Assembly (NCBI GenBank): GCA_001871445.1
Contig: MNVD01000025.1
Span: 8,808 to 72,807 of the forward strand
Source of the DNA: Candidatus Magasanikbacteria bacterium CG1_02_41_34
GTDB taxonomy: Bacteria > Patescibacteriota > Patescibacteriia > Magasanikbacterales > UBA922
DNA length: 64,000 bases
Reading direction: 5' to 3'
Part shown: piece after piece, positions 16,908-26,536 of the stretch
How the letters are laid out: the number at the start of each line of letters is the position of its first letter
Position numbering within the stretch: the first letter of the stretch is position 1
The notes under the pieces: generated by a model
What the model was told of the DNA's origin: nothing
What the model saw: only the letters and a program-made list of their open reading frames with translations
Databases searched by the model: none
Position numbers and translations under genes: made by a program

Positions 16908-19900
16908 CTACTCTTGTTCTCGAAACCCAGTTCCCGCAGGAATGAGTCGTCCGATGATCACGTTTTCCTTGAGACCTTCGAGTGGATCCATCTTGCCAGT
17001 AATTGCGGCATTGATCAGGACTTTGCTCGTTTCTTGGAAAGATGCGGCAGAGAGGAAACTTTGTGTAGACAAAGAAATCTTTGACACACCGAGGAACAAT
17101 TCTCGTCCGGCTGCTTCTTTTCCTTTATTTTTCTTTGCCAATTCATTGGCACCGTGGAATTGCGCTTTTTCAACTGTTTCTCCAGGGAGAAGATCTGTAT
17201 CACCAGAATCTTCGACATACATACGGGAGAACATCTGTCGAACAATCAATTCTACATGTTTGTCATTAAGACGTTGTCCTTGTGATGCGTAGATGCTCTG
17301 AATTTCAGAAAGGATGTATCGCTGTACTGCGTCGCGTCCCTTGAGCTCAAAGAGTTCTTGGAGGTCAACACTTCCTTCGGTGAGTTGATCACCTTTTTCT
17401 ACGACATCGCCATTTTTTGCCCACAGTTTAAAGCCGATCTGAACAATGTATTCTTTTTTATGGCTTCCCTGATATCGGAGGGTCAATGATTTTGTACCAA
17501 GTGTAACCACCCCACCGTACTCTGCTTTGACTTCTTCTCCTGTAGTACCACTCACAAAGAGTACTTGATCTTTCTTTACTTTTTGTCCGTCTTCTACTTT
17601 GATATCATCGGCCTTTCGAATTTTCATTTCCACTTCATCCATTCCTTCAAAATGAACCTTGATAATTTTTTGTCCTTTTCGTCCTTCGAATACTTTTCGT
17701 CCAGTTGGACTAGTAATAACTTTTCCATCAGCATCTTCTATTTCAATCGTTCCTGCTACTTCGGAAAGTACTGCTTTTCGTTTTGGCTTGCGTGCTTCAA
17801 AGAGTTCTTCTACACGAGGAAGACCTTGGGTAATATCTCCTCCAGCGACTCCTCCAAGATGGAAGGTACGCATGGTAAGCTGTGTACCAGGTTCACCGAT
17901 AGACTGCGCAGCGATGATACCAACGGCAGTTCCTTTTTTTACAACATTGCTGTTGGAAAGATCGAGACCATAGCACGTCGCACAGACTCCCTTTGGCAAA
18001 TGACATTGGACCACACTGCGGACATGAACTTCTTCCACGCCTTCAGATTCAACCTGTCGAGCAATTTCTGCCGTAATAACCTCTCCTGCTTTTATCACTG
18101 TTTTTCGTCCAGCTTTGACATCAGAGAGGACAAATCGACCACCAACACGCTCTGACAATTTTTCACCAATTTGTTCTGAATTTTCTTTCGTAAATATTTC
18201 TCCAATCTCGTCTCCACAGTCATCCTGTGTGACCACGACATCTTGTGCAACGTCTACCAGACGACGCGTCAAGTATCCTGCATTTGCAGTACGAAGAGCC
18301 GTATCAGAAAGACCTTTTCGCGTACCGTGAGAAGAAATAAAAAATTCAAGTACATCAAATCCTTCTTTGAAGTTTCCTGTGACAGGAAGTTCGATGATGT
18401 CTCCACTCGGAGAAGCAACGAGTCCTTTCATACCAATAACCTGTCCGAGCTGTCCCCAAGATCCACGAGCACCAGAGTCAATCATAGCAAACACTGGACC
18501 TTCTTTATCGAGTGCTTGTTTGTTGAATGAGACAACACGATCTTTAACATCAGTCCAAATTTCGAGCACCTTTGCATGTCGCTCTGATCCAGTCAACAAT
18601 CCTTCTGCATATTGTTCTTCAACAAGTGCAACACTGTCTCCACCTTCTTCGAGAATGGCTTTCTTTTCATCGATACGACCAAAGTCATCCATGCCGAGAG
18701 AATATCCAGACTTTGTGACATATTTGAATCCAACCTCTTTGATTCTATCGAGGATTACCGCTGTTTCTGCTTGCCCATAAAACTCAAGCATCGACGCAAT
18801 GATCTTTGACAAATGTTTTTTGGTAATTGGTTCATTATAATATTCAATCTTTTCTGGATAGATTTCATTGAAGAACACACGTCCAATAGACGTTTCAACA
18901 ATATGATTTGTTCCTTCTGGGAATTTTTCCATGAAGGTTTTGCCAAAACGAATTTTTACTCGTTCTTGCACTTTGATCTCTCTTGTCTTGTAGGCATATT
19001 TTGCCTCAGTAACATTGGAAAAGAACTTCGTGACTTCACCGGTATCACCTTCTGCATATCGTGTCAGATAATATGAACCGAGTGTAATATCTTGTTGTGG
19101 GGTAATGATTGGCTGTCCAGTCGCAGGCTTCAACAGATTTTTTTCTGCCGCCATGATGTGTTCTGCTTCCCACTTTGCTTCTTCTGTCAGTGGGAGATGA
19201 ACTGCCATTTGGTCTCCATCAAAGTCGGCATTGAAGGCTGGGGTCACGAGTGGATGAAGCTGAATAGCTTTTCCTTCGATCAATTTTGGTCGGAATGCCT
19301 GAATACCAAGACGATGCAAGGTAGGAGCACGATTGAGAAAGACACGTGTTTTACTCGTCAATTCTTCGAGAATATCCCATACTTCTGGTGCATTGGATTC
19401 GATGTATCGTGATGCACTTCGGACATTGTGTGCGAGTTCACGCTTGATGATTTCACTCATGACAAATGGTTTGAACAGTTCAAGTGCCATACGTTTTGGC
19501 AAACCACATTCGTGAATTTTCAAATTTGGTCCGACAACGATAACAGAACGACCAGAATAGTCGACACGTTTTCCAAGCAAGTTTTGTCGGAAACGTCCTT
19601 GCTTTCCTTTCAAAATATCGGCAAGGGAACGCAATTTTCGTTTTTGTCCTGTTGAGGCAGTAACGGTCTTTGCAGAACGTGCATTGTTATCGATGAGCGC
19701 GTCGACAGCTTCTTGGAGCATGCGTCGTTCATTGCGACAGATGACTTCTGGCGCATTGAGAGCAAGGAGTCTTCCGAGGCGATTGTTTCGATTGATCACA
19801 CGTCGATACAGATCGTTCAAATCTGATGTTGCAAATCGTCCTCCATCAAGTGCAACCATAGGACGAAGGTCAGGTGGAATGACAGGAATTGTCGTGAGCA

Positions 19901-20741
19901 CCATCCATTCTGGTTTGATATTATTTTTATTGAGAGAAGAAAGCAATTTGACACGTCGGACCAGACGATCTCGTTTTGCGCCTTTACTTTTCACAATTTG
20001 CTTTTCTAGACTTTCAATTGTTTTTGGCAAGTTGAGTTTTTTCAAAAGATCGCGAATCGCCCCAGCACCAATACTTGCCTCAAACATGTGTCCATAACGG
20101 AACGACAATTCTTGGTAGCGATGTTCAGACACAATGTTCATCATCTTGAGATCTTTCAATTCTTCTTGCACCAAGGATACATCTTCATCAAGCGCGACAA
20201 TTTTTTCTTCAAGTACTTTTGGTTCTGCTGCAAATTGTTTTTCAAGTTCTTTGCGTGTTGCTTTGTACTCATCTTTCAATCCATCAAGCGCTGTCTTTTT
20301 TTCTTCTTCATTGACTGACGTAATAATGAATGACGCAAAGTAAATAACTTTTTCAAGATTTTGGATTGAGATATCGAGAACAAGTCCAATCTTTGATGGA
20401 ATAGATCGAAGGAACCAGATGTGGGCAACAGGACTTGAAAGTTCGATGTGTCCCATGCGTTCACGACGCACGAGTGAATGGGTGACTTCCACGCCACATT
20501 TGTCACACACAATTCCTTTGTACCGAATTTTCTTATACTTTCCACAATAACATTCCCAATCTTTTGTCGGTCCAAAAATTTCTTCAGCAAAGAGCCCAGC
20601 TTTTTCTGGTTTTTGCGTGCGGTAGTTGATGGTCTCAGGTTTGGTAACCTCTCCAAACGACCAATTTTTTATAACCTCAGGTGATGCAACAGAGAGCGCC
20701 AGCGCATCGAAAGCCATTGAGTGAAGGGTATCGCGTGACAT
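16908..20741 (-). CDS. rpoC: DNA-directed RNA polymerase subunit beta prime
   Basis: 1277 aa with the zinc-binding CYCGKYKKIRYKGIVCDKCGVEV, the NADFDGDQMAVH active site and the conserved C-terminal region. Confidence 0.97.
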   Translation of the reverse strand: MSRDTLHSMAFDALALSVASPEVIKNWSFGEVTKPETINYRTQKPEKAGLFAEEIFGPTKDWECYCGKYKKIRYKGIVCDKCGVEVTHSLVRRERMGHIELSSPVAHIWFLRSIPSKIGLVLDISIQNLEKVIYFASFIITSVNEEEKKTALDGLKDEYKATRKELEKQFAAEPKVLEEKIVALDEDVSLVQEELKDLKMMNIVSEHRYQELSFRYGHMFEASIGAGAIRDLLKKLNLPKTIESLEKQIVKSKGAKRDRLVRRVKLLSSLNKNNIKPEWMVLTTIPVIPPDLRPMVALDGGRFATSDLNDLYRRVINRNNRLGRLLALNAPEVICRNERRMLQEAVDALIDNNARSAKTVTASTGQKRKLRSLADILKGKQGRFRQNLLGKRVDYSGRSVIVVGPNLKIHECGLPKRMALELFKPFVMSEIIKRELAHNVRSASRYIESNAPEVWDILEELTSKTRVFLNRAPTLHRLGIQAFRPKLIEGKAIQLHPLVTPAFNADFDGDQMAVHLPLTEEAKWEAEHIMAAEKNLLKPATGQPIITPQQDITLGSYYLTRYAEGDTGEVTKFFSNVTEAKYAYKTREIKVQERVKIRFGKTFMEKFPEGTNHIVETSIGRVFFNEIYPEKIEYYNEPITKKHLSKIIASMLEFYGQAETAVILDRIKEVGFKYVTKSGYSLGMDDFGRIDEKKAILEEGGDSVALVEEQYAEGLLTGSERHAKVLEIWTDVKDRVVSFNKQALDKEGPVFAMIDSGARGSWGQLGQVIGMKGLVASPSGDIIELPVTGNFKEGFDVLEFFISSHGTRKGLSDTALRTANAGYLTRRLVDVAQDVVVTQDDCGDEIGEIFTKENSEQIGEKLSERVGGRFVLSDVKAGRKTVIKAGEVITAEIARQVESEGVEEVHVRSVVQCHLPKGVCATCYGLDLSNSNVVKKGTAVGIIAAQSIGEPGTQLTMRTFHLGGVAGGDITQGLPRVEELFEARKPKRKAVLSEVAGTIEIEDADGKVITSPTGRKVFEGRKGQKIIKVHFEGMDEVEMKIRKADDIKVEDGQKVKKDQVLFVSGTTGEEVKAEYGGVVTLGTKSLTLRYQGSHKKEYIVQIGFKLWAKNGDVVEKGDQLTEGSVDLQELFELKGRDAVQRYILSEIQSIYASQGQRLNDKHVELIVRQMFSRMYVEDSGDTDLLPGETVEKAQFHGANELAKKNKGKEAAGRELFLGVSKISLSTQSFLSAASFQETSKVLINAAITGKMDPLEGLKENVIIGRLIPAGTGFREQE

Positions 20742-20768
20742 ACGTAATAGAAATTAATGAGTACGAAC

Positions 20769-23700
20769 TTAGTATCGATCGCTACTCTCTGAGTCGTTTT
20801 CTGCTGACTCGACGGTTGGAATTTCGTCAGCAGGGATGTAATCATCACCGACTTTTTTCATAAGTTTGACATCAAGGGCAAGTCCTTTCAATTCTCGAAC
20901 AAGCACATTGAATGACTCTGGCAAATTGACGCGAGTAATTGGATTGCCTTTGATGATTGCTTCGTATGCTTTGCTTCGACCAGGCACATCATCTGATTTG
21001 ATGGTCAAAATTTCTTGGAGTGTGTGTGCAGCACCGTATGCTTCAAGTGCCCACACTTCCATTTCTCCAAAACGTTGTCCACCAAACTGCGCTTTTCCAC
21101 CAAGTGGCTGCTGTGTAATAAGACTGTATGGACCAATGGAACGTTGGTGCATTTTATCTTCGATCATGTGGTTGAGTTTCAACATGTAGCTGTATCCAAC
21201 CGTTGTTTTATGATCCATTGATTCACCCGTACGTCCATCATAGAGTTGAGACTGTGCATCTACTGGGAATCCAGCTTTTACAAGTTCTTCTTTGATTTGT
21301 TCTTCGGTAATACCATCCAACACTGGTGTTGCTGCACGATACCCAAGAGCATTTGCTGCAAGACCAAGATGTGTCTCAAGAAGCTGTCCAAGGTTCATAC
21401 GAGAAATAACTCCGAGTGGTGAAAGGATAATATCAACAGGCGTTCCATCTTCGAGGAACGGCATGTCTTCCACTGGAACAATACGTGAAATAACACCTTT
21501 GTTTCCGTGACGTCCTGCCATTTTATCTCCGACTTGCAATTTTCTCATGTCAGCAACAGTCACCTGGACTTGTTTGATCACACCTGGTTGCAACTTGTCT
21601 CCTTCATCGGCAGAAAAGACACGGATATCAGTCACTTTTCCATGTTCTCCATGCTCGAGATACAGTGATGAATCACGTACATCACGAGCTTTTTCTCCAA
21701 AGATCGCACGGAGAAGTCTCTCTTCTGGTGTCAATTCTGTTTCACCTTTTGGTGTAATTTTTCCTACCAAAATATCACCAGATTGGACTTCTGCACCAAT
21801 ACGGATCACACCTTCGGTATCAAGATTTTTGAGTTTTTCTTCACTCACGTTTGGGATATCACTGGTGACCACTTCTGGCCCAAGCTTTGTCTCGCGTACA
21901 TCTGTTGCATAATCTTCCACGTGAATAGAGGTATACCGATCCATCTGTACCAGTCGTTCTGAAATAATGATCGCGTCCTCATAGTTGTATCCATCCCATA
22001 CCATGTAGGCAACAAGTACGTTTTGTCCAAGTGCAAGTTCACCATTGTTAATACTCGGTCCATTACACAGTGGCTGACCTTTCTTTACTTTTTGGCCAAG
22101 AGTCACCATCGGGCGCTGGTTGATAGAACTCGATGCATTTGATCGAATAAATTTATTTAAGTTGTATGTATACAATTTTTTATTTTTGTCTGTAATCACG
22201 ATCTTGCTACTGTCTACTGCAGTAACTTCACCATCTGCGTCTGCAAAAAGCACATGTCCACTATTTTCTGCAGCAATTTTTTCCATACCTGTCCCTACGA
22301 GTGGTGCATCAGGCTGAATACATGGCACAGCTTGACGCTGCATGTTTGTTCCCATGAGTGCACGCGTCGCGTCGTCATGTTCGAGAAATGGAATCATGCT
22401 GGTAGCAACAGACAAAATTTGATTTGATGCTACATCGATATAATCAATGTCTGATGGCATGACTGTACTTGGTTCACCATGCACACGTGCAGGAAGACGT
22501 TCTCCAATGAGCACACCGTGTTCGTTCATAGGAGTCGTCGCACTTGCTGTTGTTACTTTTTCTTCTTGAAATGAATTGAGGTACACAATCTCATCCGTGA
22601 CACGTGGCATGACAGGGACTGTCTTGAGGTCTTTTTTTCCAGCCAATGTTTTTGCCATGTCTTTGGTAATCTGTTCCCCTGCCTTGCCTACACCAGAAAT
22701 ATCTTCAAGCAAATATTCTTCTACAGTGAAGCGTGCTTCATTTGGCACATTTTTTGCTACTTTTCTATATGGTGCTTCAACAAATCCAAACGTGTTAATT
22801 TTTGCATAGCAGGCAAGATGTCCAACAAGACCAATATTTGGTCCTTCCGGAGTTGCAATTGGACAAATACGTCCGTAATGAGTCGTATGTACATCACGAA
22901 CTTCAAATCCTGCACGATCTCGAGAAAGTCCACCAGGTCCAAGCGCTGAGACACGACGTTTGTGCTCCAGCTCGGCGAGTGGATTGACTTGGTCCATGAA
23001 CTGAGACAACTGTGAACTCATAAAGAATTCACGAATCGCACCAATAACTGGTCGTGCGTTGATCAGTTTGTTTGGCGCAAGACTTTCGAGTTCGTAGGTA
23101 CTCATACGATCTCGGATGATACGTTCCATACGAGCAAGTCCTACACGAAAACGATTTTGCACAAGTTCTCCTACCGCACGAATACGACGGTTTCCGAGGT
23201 GATCGATATCATCAGCATCTTCTTGTGTCACGTTGAGTCGAACAACTTCTTTCAACACAAGGAGTAGTTTTTCTGGTGACAACACGCGCTGTTCTTTTTG
23301 ATCATAATCATTTCCTGACAATCCCAGATCAAATTTCTTATCAAGTTTGTAAACACCTACACGACCAAAGTCATATCGATCGAAGTTGAAAAACATCGAG
23401 TGAATAAGACTCTTTGCATTATCAGACGTTGCAAGGTCACCTGGTCGAATACGTTTGTATACTTCGATGAGTCCTTCGTCTTCATTTTCTGCTGCATCTT
23501 TTTTTAATGTTGCTTCGACATAATCGATGTTTGGGTGTGTATTGACTGATTGAAATGCTTTGATAATCTCTTCTTCACTCGCCATACCAAACGCACGCAA
23601 GAGTGATGTTGCTGCAACCTTTCGCTTGCGATCTACTTTTATCCAAATAACATTGTTTTGATCGGTTTCTATTTCAATCCATGCTCCTCGGTTTGGAATA

Positions 23701-24185
23701 ATTTTTGCCCCATAATATTTTCTCCCTCGGACTGTACTCTCTGTAAAAAATGCACCTGCACTACGGATGAGCTGTGAAACCACAACACGCTCAATTCCAT
23801 TTACCATAAAGGTCCCTCGATCAGTCATGATAGGGACGTCACCAAGATAAATTTCTTGCACATCTTCTGTTTTTGTTCGCTTGTTTACAAGTCGAACTTT
23901 CACTCGAAGCGGTGCTTCGAATGTTACATTTTTTTCACGACACACGACTTCGTCAAACTTTGGCTCATCAATCGTATAGTCTTCAAAATAGAGTTCCAAA
24001 TCTCGACCAGTAAAATCCTTGATTGGTGAAATCTCTTCAAACAATTCTTTGATACCTACATCAAAGAACCAGCGATACGACGCTTTTTGCGTCTCAATGA
24101 GATCTGGTGCTTCGATAGCACTCTTGAGCGTGGTGAAGAACTTTCGTTCTGCCACCGTGGTCTTCTGTCGCTTGTAGATTGGCAT
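20769..24185 (-). CDS. rpoB: DNA-directed RNA polymerase subunit beta
   Basis: 1138 aa with conserved rpoB blocks (GRHGNKGVISRIVP, the QRFGEMEVWALEAYGAA region). Confidence 0.97.
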   Translation of the reverse strand: MPIYKRQKTTVAERKFFTTLKSAIEAPDLIETQKASYRWFFDVGIKELFEEISPIKDFTGRDLELYFEDYTIDEPKFDEVVCREKNVTFEAPLRVKVRLVNKRTKTEDVQEIYLGDVPIMTDRGTFMVNGIERVVVSQLIRSAGAFFTESTVRGRKYYGAKIIPNRGAWIEIETDQNNVIWIKVDRKRKVAATSLLRAFGMASEEEIIKAFQSVNTHPNIDYVEATLKKDAAENEDEGLIEVYKRIRPGDLATSDNAKSLIHSMFFNFDRYDFGRVGVYKLDKKFDLGLSGNDYDQKEQRVLSPEKLLLVLKEVVRLNVTQEDADDIDHLGNRRIRAVGELVQNRFRVGLARMERIIRDRMSTYELESLAPNKLINARPVIGAIREFFMSSQLSQFMDQVNPLAELEHKRRVSALGPGGLSRDRAGFEVRDVHTTHYGRICPIATPEGPNIGLVGHLACYAKINTFGFVEAPYRKVAKNVPNEARFTVEEYLLEDISGVGKAGEQITKDMAKTLAGKKDLKTVPVMPRVTDEIVYLNSFQEEKVTTASATTPMNEHGVLIGERLPARVHGEPSTVMPSDIDYIDVASNQILSVATSMIPFLEHDDATRALMGTNMQRQAVPCIQPDAPLVGTGMEKIAAENSGHVLFADADGEVTAVDSSKIVITDKNKKLYTYNLNKFIRSNASSSINQRPMVTLGQKVKKGQPLCNGPSINNGELALGQNVLVAYMVWDGYNYEDAIIISERLVQMDRYTSIHVEDYATDVRETKLGPEVVTSDIPNVSEEKLKNLDTEGVIRIGAEVQSGDILVGKITPKGETELTPEERLLRAIFGEKARDVRDSSLYLEHGEHGKVTDIRVFSADEGDKLQPGVIKQVQVTVADMRKLQVGDKMAGRHGNKGVISRIVPVEDMPFLEDGTPVDIILSPLGVISRMNLGQLLETHLGLAANALGYRAATPVLDGITEEQIKEELVKAGFPVDAQSQLYDGRTGESMDHKTTVGYSYMLKLNHMIEDKMHQRSIGPYSLITQQPLGGKAQFGGQRFGEMEVWALEAYGAAHTLQEILTIKSDDVPGRSKAYEAIIKGNPITRVNLPESFNVLVRELKGLALDVKLMKKVGDDYIPADEIPTVESAENDSESSDRY

Positions 24186-24376
24186 AGATGCAAGCTATTA
24201 AACGTACATTCGAATTATATGTATTCACTGCAGAGCAATGAACGCATCTAATCCGAATGTTTTGAGTACAAAAAATGGCAAACCGTGGTAGATTTGCTTT
24301 CTAATTTTTATTGTTTGTTCGTTTCGATGTGCATGTTTTGCGCGTGCACAGGTAACGAATAATCCAGTGAATGCAC

Positions 24377-24400
24377 CCCCACTACTCGCGAGTGGTGGGG
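24377..24400. promoter_or_regulatory. GC hairpin in the long rpoB 5' leader
   Basis: ccccactact cgcg agtggtgggg, a 10-bp stem with one mismatch, about 190 nt upstream of the rpoB start. Confidence 0.3.
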
Positions 24401-24727
24401 TCAGGTATCAGACACGTCGTCGAGAAGAAGGTAGATTCGCTCCGTGGTATTATTATAAACCAACGGTATTTTTCTCTTCCCTTAGGGAAAAAAGTAATAC
24501 CTTTGGCTCATTTGACGACTGCTACAATATACGTTGAAATAAGGGAAAAGTCAAGTACTGAACACGTGTATAACTATTTGTCAAGAACTGCACATTTTTG
24601 GCTTATTTTAGCAAAATAGTGTTTTTCTTACTAGGGCGACGTGGGGTGGTTATCCCTAGAGTTATCCACATTTCATGGGACATATAGCATGTTGCAGATA
24701 ACAAAACAGCTTTTGCACAGCCTTAGC

Positions 24728-24756
24728 TTGACAAAAAGGCTTATTTGTGATATATT
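24728..24756 (+). promoter_or_regulatory. Sigma70-like promoter for the high-GC lipoprotein gene
   Basis: TTGACA at 24728-24733, a 17-nt spacer, TATATT at 24751-24756. Confidence 0.5.
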
Positions 24757-24891
24757 CGGACGTCTTTCGTTGGAAACGAAACAAAAAGTGGGACATTCGT
24801 CCTCCTTTCTGCTCTTTTCCAAACCAAAAACACATACTTCGCTTTCCGGGGGTTCCGGGGGTGAATGTGTGTTTACATTGAGAGGTCTTGA

Positions 24892-26106
24892 ATGAACCAC
24901 CGCATCGACGCTCCCCGCGAGCACTCGTTCCTCGTCCGCTTCCTCCTGGTTCTCCCGTTCGGCGTGCTCCTGAGCACGCAGATCGGGTGCGCCGACGACG
25001 CGCAGCAGCCCGTCGTGACCGACGACTCCTCCATCACCGAGCGCCTCGATGCGCTCGAGGATCAGGTGGCGGGGCTCCAAGCGCAGGCCGATCGGGTCGA
25101 TCAGCTCGAGACCCGTGTGCACAGCCTCGAGCTGCAGCACCTGGTCGCAGTGGCCGACCAGCAGCGCCTCCAGCTGGAGCTGGACATGGCGAAGAGCCAG
25201 CTCGACCCGTTCGTGAAGACCTTCACTTTCGTCGGTGCCGAGACGCCGGATCCGTACGACACGATGGTCTACGTGAACGGATCGCTCAACCTCGGCATCA
25301 ACGACCTGCTCGTCCGCAACATCGGGGCGAGCAACGTCAACAGCGACCAGGCCACCTTCGGCGAAAGCTGGACACTCGGAGCACAGCACGTAGAGTCCTT
25401 GGCCTTCAAGCAGGACAACTACGAACGGTTCATGTACGGCTTCGACCTGGAGTGGATCCACCAGATCAGCCCGTTCACCCTGTCCAGTTACGACGAGAAC
25501 GGGGAGAGCGTGATCACGTTCACCAGCGGCCACGTCCGCGTGAACAACCTCCGCGCTTACAATCAGCTGCGCGGGGACACGTTGTACGTCGATACCTATG
25601 GCGCCATGCCCGAGCTCAACGTCTGGAATCGTCTCGTGACAGGGAACCTCGAGGCCTTCAGTGTCGAGGTCAAGGAGCTCCTGAACGTGCTCAACGAGGC
25701 CTCGTTTGGCTTCAACGACACGACGGGACCAGCGGTGACGATCACTCGAAATGGCCTCGCTAGCGGCATGCTGATCAGCTCACCAAGCCAGGTCAGTTAT
25801 TCTGAGAAGGCATGGCTCTTTCGCGCCAGCCAGCTCGTCTCGTTCGGCCAGTCCAACGGCGACGGAACCTGGAGCATGATGCTTGAGGACGCCAAGCTCG
25901 TAGCACGCAGAGGCATGTCAGTCTCGAACGAGAATGATAACTGGTTCAACCCAGGTGCCCTGGTGGTGCATGGAGACAGCAAGTTCAAACAGGCCAGCGA
26001 CGGCACGCCGGCAGATGTCACGATCGAGGGCAGCCTCAACGTGACCGGGGCGGCCGACACCGGCTGCTTGCAGACCGAGGTCGATTCCTGCATCGACCTG
26101 CAGTAG
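24892..26106 (+). CDS. Hypothetical secreted lipoprotein, high-GC ORF (404 aa)
   Basis: Signal peptide with a lipobox-like LSTQIGC. N-terminal coiled coil (LDALEDQVAGLQAQADRVDQLETRVHSLELQ). GC is about 64% and GC3 about 95%. The RBS is GAGAGG. Confidence 0.55.
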   Translation: MNHRIDAPREHSFLVRFLLVLPFGVLLSTQIGCADDAQQPVVTDDSSITERLDALEDQVAGLQAQADRVDQLETRVHSLELQHLVAVADQQRLQLELDMAKSQLDPFVKTFTFVGAETPDPYDTMVYVNGSLNLGINDLLVRNIGASNVNSDQATFGESWTLGAQHVESLAFKQDNYERFMYGFDLEWIHQISPFTLSSYDENGESVITFTSGHVRVNNLRAYNQLRGDTLYVDTYGAMPELNVWNRLVTGNLEAFSVEVKELLNVLNEASFGFNDTTGPAVTITRNGLASGMLISSPSQVSYSEKAWLFRASQLVSFGQSNGDGTWSMMLEDAKLVARRGMSVSNENDNWFNPGALVVHGDSKFKQASDGTPADVTIEGSLNVTGAADTGCLQTEVDSCIDLQ

Positions 26107-26135
26107 CCTCTCAACCGCCCTCACAGGCACAACCC

Positions 26136-26173
26136 GGGCGACGCAGCAGTGATCTTCACTGTTGCGTCGCCCC
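26136..26173 (+). terminator. GC-rich hairpin downstream of the lipoprotein gene
   Basis: gggcgacgcagcag tgatcttca ctgttgcgtcgccc, a 14-bp near-perfect stem. Confidence 0.4.
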
Positions 26174-26217
26174 TTCAACTGCGATCTCGAATTTCGAGAG
26201 TGCTGAGAAGAAATTTT

Positions 26218-26252
26218 GAAAAAGCACGTTGTATATCAATGTGCTTTTTTAT
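26218..26252 (+). terminator. Rho-independent terminator
   Basis: gcacgttg tatat caatgtgc followed by tttttt. Confidence 0.55.
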
Positions 26253-26536
26253 ATGCAACGAAAGATTTCGCTTCGCTAAGATTACATGTTGACTACGTCA
26301 ACATAAGACTGAAGATTATGCTACATTCATGCCTTCCTTTTTATATCCTAATCTTCTAATCTTTTTTGCGAAGCAAAAAGGAATCTTAATGGAGCGAAGC
26401 GAAATGCAATCTTCCGTGTACATACGAATGCCCGTGATCTAGCAACGTACAATCTTTCTCCGCAAGTCATCAAACACCCACAAGAAGCTTGTTATCGCTT
26501 CTCTCAAAATATGATACAATACACTGAACACAACCT

